The notes under the pieces are model-generated. The model searched no databases, was not told where the DNA came from, and saw only the letters and a program-made list of their open reading frames with translations. Made by a program: the position numbers and the translations under genes. A DNA stretch of 63,692 bases, counting the filler, from Licmophora abbreviata (Eukaryota): assembly GCA_900291995.1 (NCBI GenBank). It is 9 parts of 9 records of this genome, joined end to end, with 100 filler letters (N's around TTAATTAATTAA, not from the genome) between each part and the next. Parts side by side here need not be neighbours in the genome. Positions count along the whole stretch, not along the records: positions 1 to 31,762 come from OLMU01003961.1; 8 more parts are not named here. One strand, 5' to 3'. Shown here in pieces: positions 12,471 to 24,228 of the stretch. The first letter of the stretch is position 1. Every line of letters begins with the position of its first letter.

Positions 12471-13179
12471 GTATAGGAAGTTTCGAGGGGAACTGTGAGA
12501 AGATGCTGTCGTGAACTGGCGTCAAGAGCTGTCGTGAACTTGACACGCTGCTGTCAGACGCTACAAGAGACAAAAAGGCAATGCGAATGTTGTGGGTTGT
12601 TTGGTCGACAAAACTCAAAACCCGATGAGACTTTTGAGAGAAAGCGACGGTTGGCGAGAGCATTTTCAATTTTTAGCTAAATTTCTCTCATAGGGTGATG
12701 ACGCAATGTGACTTCTGACTTTTGGTCATTGGAGGCCGGTTGAACGGCATCATTACTAGCCAGCACGTCCCGTATGCTAGCAAATCTTTACAAAGACCCC
12801 CTTTAGCGTAACTTACACAGCTGCGATAGGTCAATTTTAGGTCACCTGAAGTCTTGGAAGCTATTTGCCGGTGGCCCCAATCTCGAACCCAACCCTGCTG
12901 GGTGCCTGAACCGCTGAGTAGCGGCCATGGCTACGCCGGCACAAATTGACATTTTTGAATACTAAAGTTTATAGGGTTATTAAGGTATAAAATCTTTTAA
13001 AATATAGTAAGAGGAATACATTCATAACGTTCCAAATTTTGCTCAACAAAGATTCGCGTGAACCTCTGGATATTTTCCGGCACTCGCGGCGTGCGTCTCA
13101 CGCACCACACACGAAATGCAGAAAGAGACACCTTGTTTGAGGTTCATTGACTGCTGAGCAAGCACAAGCAACACACACC

Positions 13180-15426
13180 ATGGGTCCTGCTGTCAAGATG
13201 CCCTTACCCCCGGGCAAACTGGGGATCACCTTCAAAGGCTCCCCTCCGACGGTGATGAAGCTCACTCCGGAGTCGCCACTCAGCGGAAAGGTCAAGGAAG
13301 GCTTTATCTTTGTCGCATTGTACCTGAAGGATGGTACCGTTTTTGAGGACTTGAGCACCAACGAACTAGTTTCGACGCTCGGAGAGTATTCTGAAGAGGA
13401 AGGGCGTAAGATTCGCTTCAAGATGGGATTGCCTGATTCGACCGTCGTCGCCCTTCCCGTAGGCGACGTCAAGGCCTCAATCGAGGGCAATCCGCCGACA
13501 GTTACCAAGATCGATGCTGAGTCGCCGCTTCACTCCAAAATCCGTATCGGACTCGCCGTGGATTCCCTAACCCTCGAAGATGGTACCGTCATGACGGGCT
13601 ACTCGACCGAAGAGGTTATCACTGCCCTCAAGGACAACGAGACCGACAAGCGTACTCTCAAGCTCTTGAACCCGGCCACCATGACTCTTTCGCCAAAGTC
13701 GTACACCACTCCCATGTCCAAGGAAGTGACCCTACCCTCTGGAGCGATTGGTGTCATCTTCAAGGGCAAGCGCTCCTTGATCTCCCGTCTGACTGAAACA
13801 TCTCCTGTCCGCAACACGTTCCGTGTTGGCATGGTCGCCGATACTCTCATCCTGCCCGATGGCACCGAATTCTCTGGCCTTTCACCCAGCGACATGGCAT
13901 CAGCCCTTGGCAACTCCGCTGACGTTGAGGGACGCAAGGTGGTTCTAAAAAGCGAGGCTAATTCAACTCTTTCCACAATGCCGACCACCAAGGTTCTCCT
14001 CCCTAAGGGCGGTAAAGCCAAGTTGGGACTTGTCTTCCGTGGCGAGCCGGCCATGATCATCGAAGTCAAAGAGGACTCTCCACTGGCAGGCAAGCTGCGT
14101 CCGGGTCACGAGCTACACACCATTGAACTGGAAGATGGCATGGAATACGACGAGCTAGATGGCGACGAGGCCTGCGATGTCCTTGACGACACATTCCTGT
14201 CGGAGGGACGCTCCATGGTCTGTATCAACAAGCCAGCGCCGATCATCATGCCGGACGAGAAACTAGTTTCCGCGCCTGCTGGCAAGCTGGGTGTCATCTT
14301 CAAGGGTACTCCACCTCTCGTGAAGAAAATCAAGGACGACTCTCCAATTAAGGACGAAATCATGGAAGGCATGGTCGTCGACGTGCTGACTCTCGAGGAC
14401 GGAGAGACTCTCTGCGAAATGACGACTCAAGAGTTGACGTTCGAGCTCAACTACGCTATCGAGTCCGAAGGACGCACTCTTCTCTTCAAGAACCCTGAAA
14501 CCGCCGTTATGACGAAGAAGGGGTCCATGGCTATTCCAGATATGGCCGAGGTCGCCCTTCCGCCCGGAAAGTTGGGGGTCGTCTTCAAAGGCAAGCCGCC
14601 CGTCATTACCAAGATCAACCGCGATTCTGCAATCAGAAAGGAAGTATCGGAAGGAATGGCCGTTGACTCGATCACAGTCGGGGCCACCAAGTTTATTGAC
14701 ATGGATGTCCGCGGTCTGGTTAACGTTTTGGCCAAGTCGTTTGACAGCGAAGAGCGTGTCCTGGTTCTGAAGAACCCCGCAACGCAGGAGATGACAGTGA
14801 TGCCCGACACGAAGGAGGTCACTCTTCCATCTGGAAAGTTGGGTGTGAGCTTCAAGGGCTCCCCGCCAGTCATCAGCAAGCTGAGCCCCGAATCCCCTGT
14901 TGTCGACGAGTTCATCCCGTTGATGGCGATTGACATGTTGACCCTCACGGATGGCACCGTCATGAGTGGTATGACTACCCATGAGCTTGTCAGCGCCCTT
15001 TCAGAGTCTGCCGACACGGAGGGGCGCACTGTGATGTTGAAAAACCCAAATACGAAGTCCATGAGCATGAAACAGATGGTTCTGCCCGACGAGAAAGATA
15101 TCACTCTCCCCGCTGGAAAGCTCGGTATTAGTTTCAAGGGCACTCCGCCGATTGTCTCGCGTCTCCATGACGATTCGCCAATGAAAGGTATCGTTCGCGT
15201 GGGAATGGTCGTGGACACTTTGGATATTCCTGGTGAAGAGGGTGGACACTTTGCCGGTTTGACTGCAAAGGAACTGGTCGGACTGTTGGCCGATTCCAAG
15301 GATGTCGAAGAGCGCGAGATGCTATTGAAGAACCCAGCGACTGCCTCCCTATCGGAGCGCGCCTGGGCACTTGCAGAGGTCACTAGCTTTGCCGACGAAG
15401 AAAGTCAAGTCAGTCAGCATTATTAA
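13180..15426 (+). CDS. Protein of 8 tandem PDZ-like repeats
   Basis: Eight roughly 90-aa units starting LPxGKLGxxFKG, followed by PPxVxKxxxxSP...GMxVDxLxxxDG...R-x-L-x-L-K-N-P; intronless. Confidence 0.88.
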   Translation: MGPAVKMPLPPGKLGITFKGSPPTVMKLTPESPLSGKVKEGFIFVALYLKDGTVFEDLSTNELVSTLGEYSEEEGRKIRFKMGLPDSTVVALPVGDVKASIEGNPPTVTKIDAESPLHSKIRIGLAVDSLTLEDGTVMTGYSTEEVITALKDNETDKRTLKLLNPATMTLSPKSYTTPMSKEVTLPSGAIGVIFKGKRSLISRLTETSPVRNTFRVGMVADTLILPDGTEFSGLSPSDMASALGNSADVEGRKVVLKSEANSTLSTMPTTKVLLPKGGKAKLGLVFRGEPAMIIEVKEDSPLAGKLRPGHELHTIELEDGMEYDELDGDEACDVLDDTFLSEGRSMVCINKPAPIIMPDEKLVSAPAGKLGVIFKGTPPLVKKIKDDSPIKDEIMEGMVVDVLTLEDGETLCEMTTQELTFELNYAIESEGRTLLFKNPETAVMTKKGSMAIPDMAEVALPPGKLGVVFKGKPPVITKINRDSAIRKEVSEGMAVDSITVGATKFIDMDVRGLVNVLAKSFDSEERVLVLKNPATQEMTVMPDTKEVTLPSGKLGVSFKGSPPVISKLSPESPVVDEFIPLMAIDMLTLTDGTVMSGMTTHELVSALSESADTEGRTVMLKNPNTKSMSMKQMVLPDEKDITLPAGKLGISFKGTPPIVSRLHDDSPMKGIVRVGMVVDTLDIPGEEGGHFAGLTAKELVGLLADSKDVEEREMLLKNPATASLSERAWALAEVTSFADEESQVSQHY

Positions 15427-16047
15427 ATTTGTGGAAGTATTGTTATCGAGATGCACACGGAAGTCGACCCGTGCAACTTTCTTTTTGTTGCCTGAAGTCT
15501 GTGTGAGTACTGAACAATCAAACATGGCGTTGTTAGTATAATCGTATTGTTTTAACCGATACTTTGAAGAGTAGGCGAATGAGTCCAGTCTCTCTACTAA
15601 ATTGCAGTTTATCTAACTACTTTAGTGGACGGTTGCAGGCCTACAGAACTTAAGCAGCGTCACCGATCTCTCGTCTGCACTTACTGTACCGAAGGCATCC
15701 CCAGACTAAGACTACAAGAACAGCGAAACCCTCGTAAGGGATGCTTGGTTAACCAGGTTTGTTAAGTGTTTCATGTGAGTCGAGGTGCCATTATGCCCTA
15801 TCCCATAAAGTCATTCTATCATGACTTATTTCGTTAAGCGAATCGTAACTGTGACGTTGGGGGTCACAATTCAAAACACCGTGACCGTGTGTTCCGATCA
15901 AACCATCCCTGGTCGTGCATAATCATATCTCGATCAAAGTACATTTCACGAATAGTTTGAGACGGATCAAGCCGCATGCTGGGAACAGATAGCTTGTCTT
16001 GTAACATAATCTTCTAGGTAGCTCGTCGCGTGTTCATCGAAGCGAGA

Positions 16048-16884
16048 ATGAGCCCATCGTCGCCAAACGACCTATTGGCTGCCGATCAAACCGATGTCTC
16101 TGAGTCGGCCTCCTTGGCAGACTCGTTGACAGCTCACCTCATGGAAGCGGTAGAAGCTCATTCCATGGACGAGCTAAGCTCCACCAGGGACGACGAATCA
16201 AGCAGGGAAGAACATTACAATGTCTACCATGTTATGTCAAGGAATGAAGAACAGAGTGGCATCCCTCTAGATGTAATTGTGCGACCGAGGCGTGGACATC
16301 AAGACAGCCTTGCTATGGAAACTGGCGGTACCCGGCAGCTGATGGATCAGCTTACCCGCACCATGCAAGAGAAACTCCACCATCTATCCTTCCCCGTCCA
16401 CAGGGGTTCCGTTTCGTCGGCAGACTCATCAATGGAGCGTCTACGAGACGATGATGTCGCAACGCACCCCAGCGATGGCCCCGAAGCACGCCTCTCAACA
16501 AGCCAAGTGGCGAGTAGCTTGTCACTTAGAATGGGCAACTCGACCATCTCCCAGAAGTTGTTGCAGTCGTGGGATAAGAAAAATGGGCTGCCTCGATCGC
16601 ACGCCCAAACCATGATCAATACCGCTCGATCTCGTCGTCAGCTTCAAGAAGGAATTATACTTAAGAAGTGGGATGGCAGTCCATTGATTGACCCGGATGG
16701 AAGCGTCACCAATCGACGGCGTCGACGATCGACCTCGGGTGGGCCAATCAAGAAACGGCGACAGAGCGCTCCGGCGTCTCTCGTCGCTGCTGCCAAGTCA
16801 CCCGAGAGAGAAGGACGGGCCGCGTCTCTTGGTAACACTACAGCCACGATAGGGGTAGGGGCCATAGGGGATGAAAAATTGTGA
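16048..16884 (+). CDS. Hypothetical protein (WDKKNGLPRSHAQTM motif)
   Basis: Long ORF with a conserved-looking core LLQSWDKKNGLPRSHAQTMINTARSRRQL and basic NLS-like runs. Confidence 0.65.
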   Translation: MSPSSPNDLLAADQTDVSESASLADSLTAHLMEAVEAHSMDELSSTRDDESSREEHYNVYHVMSRNEEQSGIPLDVIVRPRRGHQDSLAMETGGTRQLMDQLTRTMQEKLHHLSFPVHRGSVSSADSSMERLRDDDVATHPSDGPEARLSTSQVASSLSLRMGNSTISQKLLQSWDKKNGLPRSHAQTMINTARSRRQLQEGIILKKWDGSPLIDPDGSVTNRRRRRSTSGGPIKKRRQSAPASLVAAAKSPEREGRAASLGNTTATIGVGAIGDEKL

Positions 16885-16967
16885 AAGCAACAGTATCAAG
16901 GGGCTATATCATAACTGTCGTAGTGTACTGAACACTAAGACCGCACACATTGTAGCTACGACCTTCC

Positions 16968-17864
16968 TTACTCGTTCGTACCATCAACTTGCTCCCGCTC
17001 GTTCAACAACTTTCGCATTTGTGCTTGCGGACTGAGGTACCCACGATTCTTCCAATGTGTATAATATGACATAAGCCGCGGCGGTGGCCTGGCTCGTCGT
17101 GGAATCGTGGAGAACGTTTCAGGTTTCAGTAGTGCACGCAGTGCGAGTCGATTGTAATGAACCGTGGTGACTTCGCCGCCAACATCCTCCACGGCTTGAA
17201 TGGCACTTTTCGAGGCACGGGATATTTCGAGTTTTAGGGGTGACGTCAATCGCTCCTTGCCCTTGGCCAGCAACTTGACTCCATGTTTGATACTAGTGGT
17301 CGTCAACATTCCAGCATCCACCAGATCCCTCATGGTGAGAAGTCGCCCCGCATCCAACCGCCCCATTTCGACATAATCTTGTAGCATTCCAAGATTCACA
17401 GGTGCCATGGGCTCACCATGTCGTTTGTTCACGAAACCTCGTTTGGGAAGGAGCTTGAAAAGTTTGGTTTGTCCACCTTCAAACATGGGATGAATGCTGC
17501 CGCCGGACCTCGACTTTTGTCCCTTGTGTCCGCGTCCCGACGTTTTACCTTTGGAGGATCCGATGCCTCTCCCAATGCGACGCTTCTATGATAAATCAAA
17601 ATAAGAGAGGAGGGAAACACGATGAGGACAGATTCCTGAGGAAAACAAGAGTTTATATGCATCGATACAGTGACGAACCTTCTTGACAGCACCAGGATTG
17701 TCGGCGAGATTGTTGAGGCCCAGGAATGTGACTATTTCTGCATCGTTGCGGCGAGACGTCGTGGCCTGAGATGAGAACTCAGCTGCCTGCATGCCTCTCC
17801 AGCATGATAAACCTCGAGTGCTGCATGCAAGAAGCGACTTCGTGTGCCGACTAAGGAGCGACAT
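16968..17864 (-). CDS. MRPL15: Mitochondrial ribosomal protein uL15m; exons 17864..17679 and 17585..16968
   Basis: LNNLADNPGAVKK|KRRIGRGIGSSKGKTSGRGHKGQKSR, FEGGQT, VKLLAKG; Arg/Ser-rich presequence. Confidence 0.93.
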
Positions 17865-18195
17865 CTTGCTGATGCAGCAGTTCATCGTCATGTCGAATTT
17901 GGTCGAAACAAATTGTCTTGGAAATTGTGGATGTGGCTCGGCTGCGCGCGCGAGCTGCGTGGATTTTTAACTCGGACGACGGCCAGAAGTCTCCCTCCAA
18001 TGTCGTCCGTGCGGCGTCCATATGCATCGCGTAGAAAGTGTACGACAGTCTACAAGAAGCGCGGAAGACAGCAACTTCACAGGTTGACTCCCACGGCGGA
18101 GGGGCAGTTTTGACGACGATGGTTCCCCGTGTTCCTGCTGTCTCAATATCTCCTGTTCTTTTCTAAAAACAAACCTTTTCACTACTCTTTTCATC

Positions 18196-18783
18196 ATGGG
18201 CAACGAAGCGTCGATGATTTCGGGAATCGCCAAAGCCAAAGGCGCCGCAAACAAGGCACTGGACGATCTCACAGCCACCAATGACAAGAACAAGCCGCAG
18301 CCGGTCAACAAGCGTGAAATGGACAAGCGTCGCAAGGAACGAGAAAAGGAGTTTCTGAAACGCAAACAGCAGCGAGAAGACCGCAAGTCCATGTTGACGG
18401 AAAAATGGGCGGGCCGTCCAAAGACAGCAGGGCAACAAGCGTCGGAAATTTGGAGCAAGACCAAGCTGTCGGCGGAGCGTGCGGCCCTGGCGGCGAGTGA
18501 AAAGGCAGACGAAGCCATGAGTCGATTTAATGATGACAACGATGATGATGAAGCGAAGGATATCTCATGGGCGCACGACGAACAAGCTGGGCAGGACAGT
18601 ACACCACCCGCGGCAACAGGAACGGGATCGACCTTTCGAGATCGGCTGTCTCAAATAAATGCGAGCAAGAAACAGCCTTCCTCGAGAAAAGACCGACTAG
18701 TTTCAAGCAAGAAAGGATCTCCGCCTACCAAGGCACAGGAAAAGTCAAAAGAAGAAGCTGGCAAAGGATGGTGGAACGAGTGA
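18196..18783 (+). CDS. Hypothetical charged coiled-coil protein
   Basis: 195-aa Lys/Glu-rich ORF, divergent from uL15m; starts MGNEAS (possible myristoylation site). Confidence 0.6.
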   Translation: MGNEASMISGIAKAKGAANKALDDLTATNDKNKPQPVNKREMDKRRKEREKEFLKRKQQREDRKSMLTEKWAGRPKTAGQQASEIWSKTKLSAERAALAASEKADEAMSRFNDDNDDDEAKDISWAHDEQAGQDSTPPAATGTGSTFRDRLSQINASKKQPSSRKDRLVSSKKGSPPTKAQEKSKEEAGKGWWNE

Positions 18784-19178
18784 GCAAACGCATCCGGACA
18801 TTCTTCACGACCGCGAGCCGCAAGGCGAATGAAGATCGAGTACTAGCTTTGTGAAGGCTGTGCTCCTCTCGTAGCAAGTCAAAGTTATTCAAGCAAGATA
18901 ATGAATCGAATTGTTAGATAGAGACGAATACGATGCATAGTCTAGCATGCCATCAGTATACCGACGAATCAGCAGATTTCAGACTTCAAGCAAGACTCCC
19001 TTTGAGTGACGGCCAGACTGCAAGTACGTGGTCAGAGACATTTTTTTTAATTTTTCCCGCCACAAGATCGCGTTTCTCGTGTCTCGCTTCTCGTACACGT
19101 CCTCAATCATTGGCGACTTGGCTGTCTAAGCTCCACCGAACACATCATTTCTCTGTCGTATCCCTAATCACCGCCACC

Positions 19179-20148
<970 letters not shown>

Positions 20149-20608
20149 ATATTGATTGCGACTGGCGTGCATGTTTCTACTCATTGGCAAAGCAACGGCG
20201 GCGATCAATCTATGTACCAGGTACTCTACTTCTCTCTACTCTAGAGACGAAAATTGCTATTCGATTACTCAGTAGAAGTTGTATCTTATGACAGGTAGCG
20301 ATCTCGCTTTGACGTCTTGTGAACATTGGCGGATAGGCGTAGTACCACCAATGACGATGAGGGGGCTTCGCGGATGATGCTCAACGTGCGCGGGCTCATT
20401 TTGCTCGTGTGTACGTCATCGTATGACGTCATTGACTACCTAGCTTTAGATGAACTTGTAGATGCCTTCGTTGACACTTTTCTGTACTGTGTGTCTTATC
20501 CGGGACGCGGGGGGGGGGGGGCTTTGTCGGCCGCGCCACTAGGTTCCTATCCGCGATTTGGAACGCAACACACAACATTGCTTTTCGTGCTTGGTGTTGC
20601 TGACGACC

Positions 20609-22568
20609 ATGAGCGTTCCTCGGGCGCCTTTCACGGTGAAATTGGTGCACAGCTCGCTATATAGACACCCTCTGATACGTCGGGTGGCTTTTCGTGACTC
20701 CTCGCGTCGTCAATTGAGAGTTTGGGCGGGAAATTCAGATCACAATTTGGAACTTTCGCACCGGCTTCACGAGTCTCTGGAATGCTCCAATAACGCTGCT
20801 GCTCGTCGCTCAGTTCGACGATGGAAGACTAGTAGCGCTTCCAATCCTACTTCGACTGTCACGTCGCGAGTCATTGTGTCAACGGATATGGTCAACAATC
20901 CGTCGCACTTCGAAACGCAGCGGCAACAGAGCACGCGCCACAATTCGTCGCGGACGGTTTCGTCCAAGTCGGAAGAGCTCAAGTTGTTAGCAGACAAGCC
21001 TCTACAGAAACCGGCAGGACCGTTGTTTGGTGGTGGCATTGTACATGACGACGATGATACAGAAATGCAAACTGAGGACGGACAAATGATCAAGCATGCC
21101 AAGAGTTCCCTGTTCATTCCGCAGATTGCACTGCATGACCAGGATGGTCGACGAAAGAAGCGTGTGCTGGTGTGAGTGCACAAGAGGCAGACGTGTGGGA
21201 CGATTTTTCTCTACGTGAGTGTGCTGATAGTCTCGTCACTAACCGCTGCTCTTCCCATCTCTTGTTCTATCAATATATGTAGCCTCTGTACAGGAGGAAC
21301 ACTAACTATGGCGCCGGACCAGTCGCGGGGAGGAGCTCTGGCACCAGTCGAGGGAGCCTTGATCAATTACTTGAAAAAGATGAACGAACTCAATGATGAA
21401 AACATGCCGGAGGTCGTCGCACACGAGTACACGCCCTTTCACGACTCGTCGGATCTCGGTCCGGCCGATTGGGCGACCGTTGCGAACGACATCAAAGCAA
21501 ATTATTTGCACTTTGATGGCTTTGTTGTCTGTACCGGTACGGACACCATGGCATACATGGCCACGGCACTGTCATTTATGCTGGAAAATTTGGGAAAGCC
21601 TGTCATCTTTACTGGCAGTCAGATTCCTTTTTGCGAACCTTATAATGACGCGAGACGCAATGTTATTATGGCTCTTATCTTTGCGGCACGCGATACCATC
21701 AACGAGGTGTCCATTTTCTTTCATGATCGTCTCTTGCGGGCATGTCGATCGACCAAAGTGAATACGCACAAGCTGCTTGCGTTTGATTCGCCCAATATTG
21801 CGCCGTTGGCGACGATTGGAATTACTATTGACGAGAATGACCACTTGCAACTGCCGCCAGCTCGTGGGGCATTGCGTGTCCATACTGCCATGGACACGAG
21901 GCTCTTGACGCTCCGACTCGTCCCTGGTTTTGACGATGGTATGATTAGACACATGATTGAGTCGTCGGTGGAGGGTAACAAGCTTCGGGCGCTCGTTTTG
22001 CAACTGTACGGTACCGGCAACATCCCGTCGGTCAAGGAATCGTTCATTCAGCTCTTGGCAGATGCGACGAGTAAAGGCGTTATGGTGGTGGCGTCGACGC
22101 AGTGTCATTCAGGAAGTGTCATGATGGGGCACTATGCGACGGGACATGCGTTAGCGAGCGCTGGCGTCATTTCGGCTGGTGACATGACGGTTGAAGCGAC
22201 GGCATGCAAGATTTCGTACTTGTTGGGGTACGTCAGAGTGTGGCGTCAGTAGTGTGCGTGTACAAGAATATTTGAAAAAGCGGCGATGTGCTCACTGTAA
22301 CCTGTACTTGTATTGTGTTTAGACGAGGGGATCTAAATGAGAAGGAAGCCGCCAACCTTATGGGCCTCCCGCTCCGAGGTGAAGGTAGGTCGTGGATGGC
22401 CGTGCCGCGAAACTATACCACCTTTACTGGTGCGAGACGTCTCGCAAAAGACATCTTCTCATTCATGTCTCTTTTTATTTTTTAGTTACTCCTCCAGAGG
22501 ACTTATCGCCGCCACCGCTTGCCAGCGCCTATGAGCGAGCTGCTAGAAAAGGAAAAGTGTTCTTTTGA
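20609..22568 (+). CDS. ansA: Type I L-asparaginase; join(20609..21171,21283..22227,22323..22384,22486..22568); start uncertain
   Basis: VLVLCTGGTLTM, DSSD, GTDTMAY, KPVIFTGSQIP, YGTGN and DMTVEA motifs; three phase-consistent introns. Confidence 0.92.
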
Positions 22569-22695
22569 TATTCAGTAGGGTTTTCTATCTCTCTCTTTGT
22601 GTTGTATATGTGCTATTTACATCGGTACACTACGAGTAATCCATTCAACGTATGAACATGATGCAGACACATCGGCTTCTAGTTGTACCTGTCTA

Positions 22696-23592
22696 CTACT
22701 TTCCACCATTTCGGTTCATACTGTAGATGGAAATGTTGAGCGCTGTGGCAATCGTTACCCAACCGCATGTCGGGAGCATGCATTTCCCCGCGGTCTTATC
22801 AACATCGTATATAAGTTTCGCACTGGTCAAGAGCATGGCGTAGAACGCACCAATGACATAGGAGCCCAAGCCTACGCGCTGGCAGCCAAAGAAGACTTCA
22901 TTCCACGCATCACCGAGCGACAAATGGGCACAGTAGACGGTCAACGCCGGCCAGTAGGGCACAGGGGTGGATGGCGACTTTGGAAGCAATAACCTGCGAA
23001 CGGCAACGAGCTGAGTTGGCTTGCTGACTATCAACCACATTATGGGAAAGAGCCATCCAGGAGGATTGAACCACGGTTTCTTCAAGCTGCTGTACCAGCC
23101 CGAATCTCCCGGAACGACATTGGGTTTCATCGTTTGGTTCGTCGCAGCCGAAACGCCTCCCTTGATCCAAGAGGCCAGTGTACTGGAACTAAAGACGACA
23201 AAGACTGTCGACATCCACTGCAGCAGGGGAAGTCCTAGCGCTTGACTTGGAATATTGACGCTACCGAGCCATTTATTGACCCTGGGTGCGGCGACTTCGG
23301 TGGCACGCATCAATCCAATCATGACACCCGTTTCCAAGGCTGCGTTGGCAGCCATCTTGGCAGCCACCACGGCATTCGAGTCAGCGCCACATTCTGCGCT
23401 AACAGTTCCTCCTCGAATATTGAGAGCTTTCCTATCTGCTGCATCGCCGCTCCGGAAAACATCAGTAATGGAGTCGTCGACTGCACGATGGGGATACGGT
23501 TGGAAATGGTAAGTTTTGAAACGAAACGGACTGGCCAACAATGGCAACCAGCAAGTCAACAGCACCAACAGACGCAATAAGCAGTGACACAT
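22696..23592 (-). CDS. tspO: TspO/MBR (translocator) family membrane protein with N-terminal extension
   Basis: WYSSLKKPWFNPPGWLFPIMW, AWNEVFFG, LPTCGWVTIATALN. Confidence 0.88.
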   Translation of the reverse strand: MCHCLLRLLVLLTCWLPLLASPFRFKTYHFQPYPHRAVDDSITDVFRSGDAADRKALNIRGGTVSAECGADSNAVVAAKMAANAALETGVMIGLMRATEVAAPRVNKWLGSVNIPSQALGLPLLQWMSTVFVVFSSSTLASWIKGGVSAATNQTMKPNVVPGDSGWYSSLKKPWFNPPGWLFPIMWLIVSKPTQLVAVRRLLLPKSPSTPVPYWPALTVYCAHLSLGDAWNEVFFGCQRVGLGSYVIGAFYAMLLTSAKLIYDVDKTAGKCMLPTCGWVTIATALNISIYSMNRNGGK

Positions 23593-23929
23593 GGTCAAAT
23601 TGAAGTAGATAATGGGGGCGATGATGAATTGATCCGTCACACAATCTCAAAATCACACTGAAACATCAGGGATCAGCGCCGAGATGTGAGTTCTAAGGAT
23701 TCTTGTAAAGTACGTCATTAAATGACCCGGAGACTCAAAATTTGCTTCCGAAGTTCTAACTGAGACAATAAAACAAGTCCGATGATACCCAATCTGCTAG
23801 AGATACGTTTGTTCTTGTCGTCGAATTGTCATGCGGATGAGAAGAAACCATCAAGAACTAAGGTCTCTGGGTCCTTTGAGCGAGAACTCAAGAACGAGAC
23901 TCCATCAACGATGTGGTGAGGAGCCGATA

Positions 23930-23937
23930 TGACGTCA
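23930..23937. promoter_or_regulatory. Palindromic TGACGTCA (bZIP/CRE-like) in the divergent tspO / E3-ligase promoter
   Basis: Exact palindrome in the intergenic region; TGACGT is a known diatom bZIP/aureochrome and CCRE core; could occur by chance. Confidence 0.3.
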
Positions 23938-24228
23938 CTGTGACATACTGCGCGTGTGAGGGATTTGGCGGGAAAGCCTCTTTCACGAAAGCGTTACTGT
24001 CACGACGCGTCGCATCTCACCCTCTCAATCGTTCGTGTCTCCACGATCTCGTCCACAGAAGAACAAAAGGGAAGCTCCGTTTCAACTCGTGGCCCGGAGT
24101 TGAGAAACTTGGCGTAATTTCACTGGAGAGGGTCCTTCACTTTACCTGGAAGGTTTGGGACCGGCATTCCTCATAGATACTGATTCTAAATTTTGGATTC
24201 TATAGGTTTCGTGTCGCTGTAAGACAAA

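Noticed and set aside
12950..13075. AT-rich patch as a diatom centromere-like low-GC element
   Set aside because: Only about 120 bp and directly upstream of a gene; more simply promoter sequence
14263..15383. Long antisense ORFs over the PDZ gene (likewise over aroB, fabG, CDC5L)
   Set aside because: Shadow ORFs expected from codon bias on the coding strand; no motifs
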